64,000 nt of DNA from Octopus vulgaris. Its lineage: Eukaryota. The notes below the pieces were generated by a model. It saw only the letters and a list, made by a program, of their open reading frames with translations, searched no databases and was not told the origin of the DNA. Location of the stretch: positions 60,388,001 to 60,452,000 of the forward strand of contig OX597833.1 in assembly GCA_951406725.2 (NCBI GenBank), given 5' to 3'. The position numbers and the translations under genes are program-made. Of the stretch, positions 54,795 to 64,000 are shown piece by piece. Within the stretch, counting starts at the first letter, position 1. Each line of letters opens with the position of its first letter.

Positions 54795-57700
54795 TTGTGT
54801 GTCTGTGTTTGTCCCCCTAGCATTGCTTGACAACTGATGCTGGTGTGTTTACGTCCCCATCACTTAGCGGTTCGGCAAAAGAGACCGATAGAATAAGTAC
54901 TGGGCTTACAAAGAATAAGTCCCGGGGTCGATTTGCTCGACTAAAAGGCGGTGCTCCAGCATGGCCGCAGTCAAATGACTGAAACAAGTAAAAGAGTAAA
55001 AGAGTATATGGAAAAGCACTTCCATAGATTTTTCACGAAGCTTAAACTAGACAAGTGCTTAGTGGCTTCAAATTTTGTATACATCCAATTTATAACTCTT
55101 CAAAATATTAAAAACTATCCAAAAGTAGGACAATGAAATAGTATTTATTTTCCATTGTGCAGTTAAGGCCAGAAGTCATGTTAGACTAGAGCTATTGTAA
55201 GATGATTAACTCAGAAAAATAATGTTGAGTGATGGACAAGCTAGGGATAGCTCAAGTGCCATGAGGAATACATCATGTTTATATAAGTGCTTCTCTCTCT
55301 CTTGTCTTACTGGTATCAAAACTGGGACAAAAGCCACAAGTATAATGATTAAGAGCTAATTACAATAGAATAAAACAATAGCTTCATTCATTAAGTATCT
55401 CTTTCCTCATTACTACACAAGTGGTTTTCACTTCTCTTTCTGATATTTATCGTTTCTTCATCTTATTGTCATTGCTGCGATAAACGTATAAATCTCTGAG
55501 TGTTTATTAACCAAATTTTACCGATTAAACATCAACAACCAAACCAGAGAAATTACTAGTTTAGATTATATTAATTACTGTATTCACATCATATTTCATT
55601 ATATTATGTTGGTGGTAAGAAACTCTCAAGAGAGCTGAACTGCAGGTCTTCAGAGAAAAAAACCCACACTCAGGCAAGTGTTTTGGTTCTCAACTTATTA
55701 CACCCTAAGGGGGCTGGGCAGCATCCAAGTCATGACTCCAGGGTACTCTTCTGTTGAAACTTTTTAGCCATTTGGATATTAGAGGCTTGTGTTTTTAAAC
55801 CACTTAGCGATCTCATCTACTTGTAACTCGTTTGGAGTGACTCAGATTTCAAACTTATTTATACTAAAAGAGCCTAGAAAAAAGCAGATTTTAGAAAACA
55901 TGAATTTGAAGCTCACTGGATTTTTTAATTTTGTATTTGCTGAGGTTAAGAAAACATTGTTGGTTTTAAATTTTGGACAAGAATAGGGCCATCATTGTTT
56001 AACATCTGCTTTCCATGCTGGCATGGGTTGGACGGTTTGATATGGAGCTAGCCAGCTGGGAGCTGTCAAAACCCCAACTGTGTGTTGTGGCATAGTTTCT
56101 ATGGCTGGATGCCCTTCCTAATGCCAACCACTTAAGAGTGTACTGGGTACCTTCTATGTGCCACTGGGATGGGTGTGTTTATGCAGCACTGGCATGGGTG
56201 CATTTACACAATACCAAACCCTGAAAGGGCAAGCCTGTATGTGCAGAAGACAGTGATTTTATTTAGCTTGACATATCAAGTACAGCAAATCGCTCCATCT
56301 AGTCCCAGACTCAACAAAATTGCATCAAAATATTTGCATTATTAAATGTATTACCTTATAGTATAGGCACAGGTATGGCTGTGTCGTTAAGATGTTTGCT
56401 TCCAAATCACACGGTTTCATGTTCAATCCTACTGCATGGCACCTTAGTGAATTTAATAGATAGAAACTGTCTACCAATTTAGAAAGACTCCCCTTGTGTG
56501 TGTGTGTTTTACTGTCTTGGCATCATGTAATAATTGTGAATGAGTGTCAACATCATACAAGTGATGTCATTCCTCTTCCATGAAAACATATCAAGCCATT
56601 ATCATTATCACTGTCATATACTTTTAATCCTCATGTTTGATGTAATCATTTGCTGGGGCACACCTAGTGCCCTAGGGTAAGTGAAAGTTAAGAGATGTTG
56701 AAATATAACAGAAAATTTGGCGAGGGGAAGTGGTGAAGGCAGTAGAGAGACACCTCCATATAATACAACACAAACATTTAAATTGATAGCATTTTTCTAA
56801 GGATGTGAGCAGTACTTGTCAGCACAATCTTATGGATTTCTTTGAGACATGGTTCTTCTGGGATGTTGTCCAAATGTTTCTGGCATCCCTTGTTTATCAA
56901 ACTTAGGATACCTTCAATAACAGGAACAGTTTTTGCATTAAGATTCCACAACTTTTGCATGCCACCAAGATTGACTTTGCTTTCATCCTTTCCGGGTCAA
57001 TAAAATAAATACCAGTTCAGGACCAGAGTTAGAAATCGACTTACCCTCTCCCTCAAAATCACTGGCATTGTGCCAAATTTGAAACCATTATTATCATTAT
57101 TTCATTCATGCACAACAGATTACACTGTTAAGGAACAGTTTCTAATGCACAATTATTATTATTATCATCAGGATTGCTTCCATTTTCAGCTGTCATATTT
57201 TCTAGTAATCTCTATTTCCAGGTTTATCTCTTTGGATAATTTCTCTATTTTTTTGGTTAAGAAGTTCACTTTCCAGGCATATGGGTTCAAGTTCTATCCC
57301 ACAGTATGGCACCATGGGCAATGTCTTCTACAATCACCTCAAGTTGACCAATGCTTTGTGAGTGGAATTTGGCAAAACAGAAACTATATAGCAGCCTGTT
57401 GAGCATAGCGTCATCATTTTACACCTGCTTTCCATACTTCATTGGCTGGTATCCAAGCTAGTTTATATTCAGTGTTATTGCCCTAGGAGGGCAATAACAT
57501 TTCATAATTGGCTTGGTTTCTATGGCTAGATATCCTCCCACAAACCATTTTACAGTGCACTAGGTGCATTTTTTTACGGTGCTACAGCTAGAGAGATTGT
57601 CAAACTCTCAACAAGACTAAAAAGACCTCTTGGCTCTATGCTGTTTCCTCCTATTTGCCAAACACTTTACAAGGCGCCTTAAGAACAGTTTACAGAAGCA

Positions 57701-59728
57701 GCACTAGGGAGGTAGCATTGTTTCTATCACATTAGACAATGGCAAGTCAGATCATCATCATCATCTTTGTTTAGCATCCGCTTTCCATGCTAGCATGGGT
57801 TGGACGGTTCAACTGGGGTCTGGGAAGCCAGAAGGCTGCATCAGGCCCAGTCTGATCTGGCAGTGTTTCTACAGCTGGATGCCCTTCCTAACGCCAACCA
57901 CTCCATGAGTGTAGTGGGTGCTTTTACCAGCATGGAAAAAGTGGGCACAACAGTCTGATCTGGCAGTGTTTCTACACCTGGATGCTCTTCCTAATGCCAA
58001 CCACTCCGTAAGTGTAGTGGGTGCTTTTACCAGCAAGGAAAAAGTGGGCACAAAAATGATCCATTATTGTTTGTTGGGACAAATACTTTCAGTTGGAAGA
58101 CATCTCCTTTCCTGATTGACCTTAATATCTGATCATTTAGTCTTGATCTCCCCATCTTTGTAAATTGGTATATCCCAGAGTACGGTACGGTAGTGTTGTC
58201 ATTCTTTCACAGCCTATCACCTGTATATCAATACTGTCTCTTTTTAGGGTACTGCAGGCATAATGTCTAAATGTATGACAGCCCAACTCTGTTATGGCTG
58301 TAGATGCAGTGCTTCTTACCCAAGACTGAGCAGCCGGAAACTGTGGTGGTTTCTTCCCGTTCCTGACATGTTCTGTAGTTAATGGGTTCAGCTATATCAT
58401 AGGCTGCTGAAGGTTTCTAGTGAGGAGACTTTTATTCAAGAATTCTTCAATCTCAAATTTGAGTTCTGTTCTTCTCGACCAATATTGTGATTTTTTTTAA
58501 AAAACTTTCTAGGTATTCAGTTTTTTCAGGTATTAGCCATGTAAGAATTTCTCATGCCATCACTGATTTCAAATTCTGGCACAAAGCCAGCAACTTTGGG
58601 GGAGGGTATAAGTCAATTCAACTGACTCCAGTGCTCAACTGCTACTGCGCAAGAGTGGCTGTGTGGTAAGTAACTTGCTTACGAACCACATGGTTCCAGG
58701 TTCAGTCCCACTGCGTGGCACCTTGGGCAAGTGTCTTCTACTATAGCCCCGGGCCAACCAAAGCCTTGTGAGTGGATTTGGTAGACGGAAACTGAAAGAA
58801 GCCCAACGTATATGTATATATATGTGTGTTTGTGTGTCTGTATTTGTCCCCCCAACATCACTTGACAACTGATGCTGGTATGTTTACGTCCCTGTACCTT
58901 AGGTTCGGCAAAAGTGACTGATAGAATAAGTACTAGGCTTATAAAGAATAAGTCCTGGGATCGATTTGCTCGACTAAAGGCGGTGCTCCAGCATTGCCGC
59001 AGTCAAATGGCAAACAAGTAAAAAAGAAAAAAAAACCCAAAAGGGCAAAGTCAAGTTTGGCAGGATTTGAACTCAGAATGTAAAGACAGACAAAATATCG
59101 CTAAGCATTTTGTTCAGCATGCTAATGATTCTGCCAGCTCACCATTGTTTTAATATCAAAAATAAGAAGGTAGAGTAGATAGACCAGCGCAGTCTAAAAT
59201 TCAACTTTACATTTCTCTGACCCATGATTAAAAAATTAAATACCCAAAGTATAAAGTTATTTAGTTCAACAATACTTCAAACAACTTTCTTATTTCTTTA
59301 CTACCCACAAGGGGCTACACACAGAGGGGACAAGCAAAGATAGACAAATGGATTAAGTCGATTATATCGACCCCAGTGCGTAACTGGTACTTATTTAATC
59401 GACCCCGAAAGGATGAAAGGCAAAGTCAACCTTGGTGGAATTTGAACTCAGAACGTAGCGGCAGACGAAATACCACTAAGCATTTCACCCAGCATGCTAA
59501 CGTTTCTGCTAACTCGCTGCCTTCAAACAACTTTCCTTAAAGAGTTAAAGCCAGTAGGAAAGGCATGAACACCATACGATTATCACATTGACTTACCTTC
59601 CAGGTTTATTTACATACTTCTGCAGGCGTACCTTCACCTCATCATACGTAAGGAATGCTACATAGCCTGGATGTGTTACTGCAAGTACATTCCAATTCCG
59701 CAACAAATTTGTCCATGGCTGGAATAAT
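13293..59728 (-). CDS. Cbl: Cbl-family E3 ubiquitin ligase, 5'-partial multi-exon gene (TKB SH2-like, linker, RING, Pro-rich, UBA)
   Basis: Ten GT-AG exons splice in frame with consistent phases. They give [19 protein letters not shown]...[18 protein letters not shown]...[26 protein letters not shown]...[11 protein letters not shown]...UBA, the diagnostic Cbl sequence. 4H/EF-hand exons were not found in the window. Confidence 0.97.
13610..14037 (+). mobile_element. Interspersed repeat family C (SINE-like, (GAT)n tail)
   Basis: Internal tandem GTGGCACGTAAAAAGCACC units, core GGCGTTAGGAAGGGCATCCAGCTGTAGAAAC, tail GGACGTTAAACGATGATG. Further copies at ~50855-51165, 54260-54410, 57752-58050, 60606-60757 (all -) and 63655-63893 (+). 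Confidence 0.8.
14783..14879 (-). CDS. Cbl: Cbl penultimate exon
   Basis: 97 nt, phase 1/2: [32 protein letters not shown]. Splice sites gttgcag / gtaagc. Confidence 0.88.
15114..15343 (+). mobile_element. piggyBac-type MITE
   Basis: TTAA-CCCTTT...AAAGGG-TTAA. Homologous copies at 15934-16161, 49268-49496 and 51726-51953. Confidence 0.85.
15934..16161 (+). mobile_element. piggyBac-type MITE
   Basis: TTAA TSD and CCCTT/AAGGG ends; same family as 15114-15343. Confidence 0.85.
17859..19130 (+). mobile_element. Tc1/mariner-superfamily transposon fossil (DD37D-like)
   Basis: Inverted ends CAGAAGTCAAGCTACTATTT / AAATAGTAGCATGACTTCTG. Transposase remnants [25 protein letters not shown] and [14 protein letters not shown]. 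Confidence 0.85.
19603..19713 (+). ncRNA. Type I hammerhead ribozyme-like motif with long stem II
   Basis: GCA-CTGAGGA-GAATGGTAA...TTACCGTTC-GAAA-CGATCATA-TGC. Confidence 0.55.
20756..20905 (-). CDS. Cbl: Cbl exon, tyrosine-motif region
   Basis: 150 nt, phase 1/1: [49 protein letters not shown]. Splice sites taactag / gtaaga. Confidence 0.85.
20965..21965. repeat. 46-bp G-rich minisatellite, ~21 copies
   Basis: Unit GGAACAAGCAGGGATGGTGGTCCACCCAGGTATGGGAATGGGTGGC; period 46 (e.g. 21661 vs 21707). Confidence 0.95.
23480..23745. repeat. Degenerate ~55-60-bp purine-rich tandem repeat
   Basis: Recurrent CCCTTTCC...GTGGTAGGAG.AAAGGAGG units. Confidence 0.6.
24228..25412 (-). CDS. Cbl: Three candidate Cbl micro-exons (25382-25412, 24767-24813, 24228-24284)
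   Basis: Each is flanked by CAG and GTAAAC/GTGAGT/GTAAGG. 31+47+57=135 nt preserves frame between two phase-1 neighbours without stops. Confidence 0.55.
24342..24600. repeat. Long inverted repeat (127-bp arms, 5-nt loop)
   Basis: Arms 24342-24468 and 24474-24600 pair without indels, with 5 mismatches; loop CGACA. Confidence 0.95.
26272..26874. mobile_element. hAT (Charlie-like) MITE interrupted by a SINE-A copy (~26366-26761, +)
   Basis: CAGTGGCTCCCAACCT...AGGTTAGGAACCACGG with 8-bp TSD CTCAAGTG/CTCTAGTG. Confidence 0.75.
27880..28452 (-). mobile_element. CR1/L2-clade LINE 3' fragment
   Basis: [20 protein letters not shown]...ESVQRRATK...TRGHAYKV...[14 protein letters not shown]; (TTA)n tail. 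Confidence 0.9.
28759..28883 (-). CDS. Cbl: Cbl exon, proline-rich region
   Basis: 125 nt, phase 2/1: [41 protein letters not shown]. Contains RxLPPTP. Splice sites ctatcag / gtcagt. Confidence 0.88.
29124..29527 (-). mobile_element. SINE family A
   Basis: Full-length copy. Confidence 0.85.
31461..31594 (-). CDS. Cbl: Cbl exon, proline-rich SH3-binding region
   Basis: 134 nt, phase 0/2: [50 protein letters not shown] is the conserved Cbl motif. Splice sites ttccag / gtaaac. Confidence 0.92.
32061..32117 (-). CDS. Cbl: Cbl exon, 57 nt
   Basis: Phase 0/0, [19 protein letters not shown]. Splice sites ctattttcag / gtaatg. No homology evidence, only splice signals and frame. Confidence 0.72.
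32264..32494 (-). mobile_element. tRNA-derived SINE family B
   Basis: Head GGCAGCGAGCTGGCAGAAACGTTAG...GAGTTCAAATTCC, central CCTTTCATCCTTTCGGGGTCGATAAATTAAGTACCAG, tail AATAAAGAAATA. Copies at 48041-48272, 53252-53668 (dimer), 59290-59522, plus many decayed ones. Confidence 0.85.
33075..33362. repeat. AT-rich ~27-bp minisatellite
   Basis: Units of CAGTTTTTGTCCTAATTAATAAAATC. Confidence 0.8.
34132..34278 (-). CDS. Cbl: Cbl exon, RING C-part and acidic tail
   Basis: 147 nt, phase 0/0: [49 protein letters not shown]. Splice sites ttgccag / gtaagt. Confidence 0.97.
35131..35437. mobile_element. hAT-type MITE
   Basis: CAGTGGTTCCCAAA...TTTGGGAACCAC with 8-bp TSD CTATAGAA/TTATAGAA. Confidence 0.75.
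36625..36918 (+). mobile_element. CR1-like LINE 3' end
   Basis: GLRGHSKKL...[13 protein letters not shown]; (AACTG/AATTG)n tail. Confidence 0.8.
37318..37578 (+). mobile_element. CR1-like LINE 3' end, second copy
   Basis: Near-identical to 36652-36910. Confidence 0.8.
37938..38135 (+). mobile_element. Possible DINE-1/HINE-like non-autonomous Helentron fragment
   Basis: (GTCT)n microsatellite followed by an ATCTC...CCAATTGCACTCAAATTTG core reminiscent of DINE-1-like elements. Ends not defined. Confidence 0.4.
38460..39727 (+). mobile_element. Full-length mariner transposon, inactivated
   Basis: TA TSDs; TIRs TTGGGTCATTCCATAAATAATG / CATTATTTATGGGATGATCCAA; 1268 bp. Transposase motifs WIPH, TGDEKW, H*DNA and [17 protein letters not shown] with in-frame stops. 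Confidence 0.93.
39817..39880 (+). ncRNA. Type I hammerhead ribozyme motif (U3 variant, palindromic stem III)
   Basis: CAC-TTGATGA-ATGACTGT...ACAGCCAT-GAAA-CGATCG-TA-GTG. Confidence 0.6.
40405..40558. repeat. Three degenerate ~55-60-bp tandem units
   Basis: Repeated CAGTGGTCGGCTTGTGTGGGC.GCA.AGGCTA. Confidence 0.65.
40753..41117 (-). mobile_element. SINE family A
   Basis: Same family, slightly 5'-diverged. Confidence 0.8.
41735..41935. mobile_element. hAT-type MITE nested in a decayed SINE-B
   Basis: CAGTGGTTTTCAA...TTGAAAAGCACTG with a perfect 8-bp TSD ATCCAGAA. Confidence 0.88.
44157..44376 (-). CDS. Cbl: Cbl exon, linker helix and RING N-part
   Basis: 220 nt: [73 protein letters not shown]. 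Splice sites tttgcag / gtaggg. Confidence 0.97.
45425..45847 (-). mobile_element. SINE family A
   Basis: Full-length copy. Confidence 0.85.
46966..47103 (-). CDS. Cbl: Cbl exon, SH2-like domain
   Basis: 138 nt, phase 2/2: [45 protein letters not shown]. Splice sites tttccag / gtaagt. Confidence 0.97.
47207..47588 (-). mobile_element. SINE family A
   Basis: Near full-length copy ~100 nt from an exon acceptor. Confidence 0.85.
49268..49496 (-). mobile_element. piggyBac-type MITE
   Basis: TTAA TSD; reverse-orientation copy of the 15114 family. Confidence 0.85.
51726..51953 (+). mobile_element. piggyBac-type MITE
   Basis: TTAA TSD; same family. Confidence 0.85.
52950..54560 (+). mobile_element. 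Decayed RTE-like LINE interrupted by SINEs
   Basis: In-frame [13 protein letters not shown] (54008) and [11 protein letters not shown] (54128) resemble RT motifs VRQGC.LSP.LFN and LRFADD. Outer limits uncertain. Confidence 0.6.
54583..55005 (+). mobile_element. SINE family A
   Basis: Full-length copy with (GTAAAAGA)n tail. Confidence 0.88.
56770..58450 (-). mobile_element. Fragmented R4/Dong-type non-LTR element (CCHC + RLE C-terminus)
   Basis: Remnants [16 protein letters not shown]...HNRVG, VLWDIPI, EKLSK...LEIEI and KLWNL..KTVPVI.G.L...[18 protein letters not shown], split by later insertions. Confidence 0.7.
58647..59025 (+). mobile_element. SINE family A nested in a decayed SINE-B
   Basis: Full-length copy; SINE-B remnants lie on both sides. 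Confidence 0.82.
59597..59728 (-). CDS. Cbl: Cbl exon, TKB SH2-like N-part
   Basis: (R)[43 protein letters not shown](S). Acceptor tttccag, donor gtaagt. A second possible acceptor would start the exon at 59718. Confidence 0.95.
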
Positions 59729-60550
59729 CTGGAAATGCAAGAAAAGCCAGTTTATATATGTATGTATATAATATATATATATATATATATGTCATCATCA
59801 TCATTTATTGTCCATTTTTCATGCTGGCATGGGTTGGAGAGTTTGGCAGGAGCCACACCAAGTTCCATAGTCTGTTTTGGCTTAGTTTCTACAGCTTGAT
59901 GCCCTTCCTAATGCTAACCACTTTTCAGTGTATTGGGTGCTTTTTATGTGGCACCAACACCAGTGCCCTTCATGGGTGAGCATTACCAATAAAGTTTTAG
60001 GATATCTATTCTGCTGTGGTGGATGGGTCATCTTGAATACACCAATGTGCCATATATCTCAATCTTGTGTGTGTGTATATGTGTGTACACACACACACAC
60101 ACAAATGATGAGAAATAGTTGAAAATGTACTAAATTTTTTTTATATATTTGAATTACTATTTTTTCTTTTTTTTTTTTTTGCAGAATAAAACAAGTGATA
60201 TTTTCCCACATACATATCATCATCATAATTTAACATCCATTTTCAATGCTGGAATGGGTTTGTAAGGTTTGAGAGGCTCTTACAGGCCCAAGGACTGCAT
60301 TGTGCTCTAGTGTCTGCTTTGGTATGGTTTCAACTACTGGAAGCTATTAAAAAACATTAGAATTATTTTCACATAAAAAGTGCTTAACTGAAAATAAAAA
60401 TTGTGGAGCTTTTTTTTTTTGTATTCTACATATAATTCTGATTTTATAGAAGTACTTATGTGTGTATGTGTGTGTGTGTGTGTGTTTTTGTAATAGATTA
60501 AAAGGATAGACAAGCAAACAACTGGTATTGGATCAGATTACAACATATAT

Positions 60551-61413
60551 TTAACCCTTTAGTATTCAGATTACTCAGTCAAATATAATGCTTATTTATT
60601 CATATTCATCATCATCATCGCTTAATGTCCGTTTTCCATGCTGGCATGGGTTGGACGGTTCAACTGGGGTCTGGGAAGCCAGGAGGCTGCGCCAGGCCCA
60701 GTCTGATCTGGCAGTGTTTCTACAGCTGGATGCCCTTCCTAACGCCAACCACTCCACTGTTTTGAATTAATCCTGCAATATCGCGTGGCTGTAAGATTTC
60801 AATGATGTGACTGTTTAATTTCAGGATAACATTGTAGGGTAGGTATATGATGCTGGATATAGCCAGTTTGAATATAAAACAAGTATAATATTAGGGCCAG
60901 ATATGGTTGGTTTAAATGCTAAATGGTTAAACATAAAGAGTGAGCTGTTACAGGAGCAAAGATCAAAAGAGGTTGATAAGAATTTTCATAATGGTTACAG
61001 TATATGCTAACATTCTCCCAGAAGTTATATGGTAGGTTTGAATTATTGGTATTAGGTTATAATTCAGACTTATCATATGACTGTTCTGGGAGAATATTAA
61101 CATCTATCATAACAATTATGAACATTCATCTGACCTTTCATCAGCCTCTTGTAATCTATATTCCTGCAACAACTCAACCATCATCTTTAACCCTTTAGTA
61201 TTTAAACTGGCCATATCCGGCCAAAATATTTAATCTGTTTTATGTTCAAACTGACCAGATCCAGGCTCTCACACCTACCCTACAATGTTATTCTACGTTA
61301 GGTAATTACACCATCAAGATCTTGAAGATATGAGATAATGCATGATTAATTCAAATCAATGGGAATCAATAAGCATTATGTTTGATAGAATAATCAGAAC
61401 ACTAAAGGGTTAA
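60551..61413. mobile_element. Two inverted copies of a second piggyBac-type MITE (60551-60930, 61187-61413)
   Basis: TTAA-CCCTTT...AAAGGG-TTAA ends. The first copy is interrupted by family C. Decayed relatives at ~16310 and ~29760. Confidence 0.75.
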
Positions 61414-61640
61414 ATATATGTCATAATCCGACCTGATACCAGTTGTTTACTTGTGTATCCTTTATTCTGTTGTACATGTACATGCTTAATTGAAACACTA
61501 CCCATAACCAATGTTCAGTAGGCAGCAATATCTTCCCTGCTTTTTTGGTTGCGGTTCAAGTCAGAGTTTAGGCAACAAATGAATCTGAACACTAATCGCA
61601 TGTACCTGTAAATCTACAGCATCAGATGTAATATTACCTG

Positions 61641-61679
<39 letters not shown>

Positions 61680-61681
<2 letters not shown>

Positions 61682-61847
61682 CACAAGTGTGGCTGTGTGA
61701 TAAAGTAGCTTGCTTACCAACCACATGGTTCCAGGTTCAACCCCACTGCATGACACCTTGGGCAAGTGTCTTCTACTATAACCTCAGGCTGACCAAAGCC
61801 TTGAGTGGATTTGGTAGACAGAAACTGAAAGAAGCCCATTGTGTATG

Positions 61848-61911
<64 letters not shown>

Positions 61912-62070
61912 TACTTCCACTATTGCTTGACAACTGTTGCTGTGTTTACATACCCGTAACTTAGCAGTTCGGCAAAATAGACCGATAGAATAAGTTCTAA
62001 GCTTACAAAGAATAAGTCCTGAGGTTGATTTGTCCAACTAATGGTAGTGCTCCAGCATGGCCAAATAAAA
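61680..62070 (+). mobile_element. SINE family A, older copy, followed by a related SINE (~62075-62560)
   Basis: Diverged head GGCACAAGTGTGGCTGTG; the related element shares the head and ends in (GAT)n. Confidence 0.75.
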
Positions 62071-64000
62071 GAATATATAGGTGATGGTGTGGCAAGAAGT
62101 TTGCTTCACAACCATGCGCTTCTGGGTTCAGTCTCACTGTGCGGCACCTTGGGCATGTGTTTTCTATTCTAGTCCTGGGCCAACCAAAACCTTGTGGGTG
62201 GATTTGGTAAACGAAAACTGAAAGAAGCTTGTCGTGTATGTGAGCGCGCGTGTGTATGTGAGCGACCATGTGTATGTGAGCGTGCGTGTGGATGTGAGCA
62301 TGTGTGCGTATGTGTGCATCTGAGTGTCTCCTTGTCCTAGCATCACATGACAGTTGCAAAAATGACTGTCACTACCATACAAGTAGTGTCATTCTCGTCC
62401 AATATTCCACAAAAACATGTCCGGCCATGGGGTAAATTACCTAGCTTAGGAACAGATGAGGGTCAGTAACGGGAAGGGCATCCAGTCATAGAAAACCTGC
62501 CTCAATAAACTTTTGTTTGACTTATGCAAGCATGGAAAAGTTAAAATGCTGGTGATGATGATGATCACACACACACATACACAGAGGTTATACAAAATAT
62601 ATATAGATATGATTAGACATTATTCTGCAGTCTCATTATAGATGACTGACTTCAGTGTAATCTGGAACAAATCAATACACCTGACAGGGACATTTCCAAT
62701 AGATCTGCTCTGATTGCATTCATTCACTGCTCATCATTCACTTCAACCGATGCAAATCACTTGACCTACTAGAAATAGTAGTCAAATCTCCTTCAAATAA
62801 TGCCTACTGCCTGAAATGAAGGTCACACTGGATAATGAAGTTTCCCTTCATACAGGACAGGACGAAGACAGGATGGTCACAGTTGGAATGCCTCTGATCT
62901 GTTTGATCAGGGTTGACCTTGGGCTAAACAGTAACCACCACATCTGCTCTTTATTTTTCAACACACGTACACACACAGTGTACTGGTGTTTGGCACAACT
63001 CATAGCTACCTGCTCATGAATATGTGTGGTGATGGTGGTGGTGGTTTGGACACAAATGTGTGTGTGTGTGTGTGTGTAGTAATGCTGGTAGTTAAGATGT
63101 GTTATAGTACGTAGTGTAGCAGTGATACGTGTGTGCGTGAACAAAGCAAGCACAAAGTAGCAGAGCATGGTAATGATAACGTATCTGTTGAAGTGGTGTG
63201 GTGACAGCATAACGTAGAGGCGCAGGTGCTAGTTCATAGTTGCAACATGTCTATAAGTTGTGGTGGTCACCAGCATAGGATTCTGTGTGAGCACAGTGCA
63301 TGAGAAACTGAACAGGGTGATTAGATTAACAAGGTAAACTCATGTGTGTGTGTGTGTGTGTAGCGAGAGAGAGAGAGACATTCCAAATGTGACCATCTTG
63401 TTTGTACAAAGACATGCTCACCTACATTATTTAATGTCCTTTTTTTTTTTCTATTTAACCCTTTTCCTGTGGAAAATAGGGACATCTACTCAAAATTCCA
63501 TTACCCCCAACTGTGGAAAGTAATTTTATAGTTACATATATCAGTTTATCTCTCATGTTTGAAACCATTTTTTTGTTGAGATATGTCACGTTTACTAAGG
63601 CCACAGAATTTGTAGAAAACACCAATTCTATTTTTTGATAGAAATTTAACAAAAACACTATTTGAGCGTGGCCGTTGCCAGTACCGCCTGACTGGCCCTT
63701 GTGCCGGTGGCACGTAAAAGCACCCACTACACTCTTGGAGTGGTTGGCGTTAGGAAGGGCATCCAGCTGTAGAAACTCTGCCAGATCAAGATTGGAGCCT
63801 GGTGCAGGCATCTGGTTTCGCCAGTCCTCAGTCAAATCGTCCAACCCATGCTAGCATGGAAAGCGGACGTTAAACGATGACGATGATGATGATGGAATAA
63901 TGATGAAATTTAATTTCACAGCAGAGGGATTAACAATATATTATGATATTTTGAGTAAGTCTAGTAACCATACAGAGACTCCTTAGTTTGGTTCCAGTGT

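Noticed and set aside
57473-57499. Perfect 12-bp hairpin TGTTATTGCCCT-AGG-AGGGCAATAACA
   Set aside because: Too short and isolated to support a function.
57848-58053. ~100-bp tandem duplication
   Set aside because: Local duplication of a family C repeat end; no further signal.
58311-58343. Apparent Cbl micro-exon (cag-TTTCCGGCTG...gtaag)
   Set aside because: Lies within the R4/Dong zinc-knuckle remnant; the flanking Cbl exons already join to give the conserved KPGSYVFRL.
59731-64000. Upstream Cbl exons (4H/EF-hand)
   Set aside because: No recognisable LKSTIDLTCND/FEFDIF-type sequence found by eye; presumed outside the window.

Overview
AT-rich, repeat-dense eukaryotic genomic DNA, most likely an octopus (inferred from the tRNA-SINE repertoire and the abundant (TA)n/(CA)n/(TAA)n tracts). 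The only host gene is the 3' two-thirds of a Cbl-family E3 ubiquitin ligase on the minus strand. Ten well-supported exons run from ~59.7 kb (SH2-like part of the TKB domain) through the linker, C3HC4 RING and Pro/Tyr-rich region to a UBA-encoding last exon with its stop at 13293. The 5' exons lie beyond the window. Introns and the downstream region are filled with SINEs, CR1/RTE/R4-type LINE fragments, a Penelope-like fragment, two Tc1/mariner fossils, hAT and piggyBac MITEs, and minisatellites. Most interesting: hammerhead-ribozyme motifs in small Penelope-type elements (the best-preserved ones antisense to Cbl), a 127-bp near-perfect hairpin between candidate micro-exons readable in two frames, a possible short RING-terminated Cbl isoform, a G-U-rich structured insert, and a LINE/SINE pair sharing a covarying 3' stem-loop. 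All calls were made by eye; repeat boundaries are approximate.
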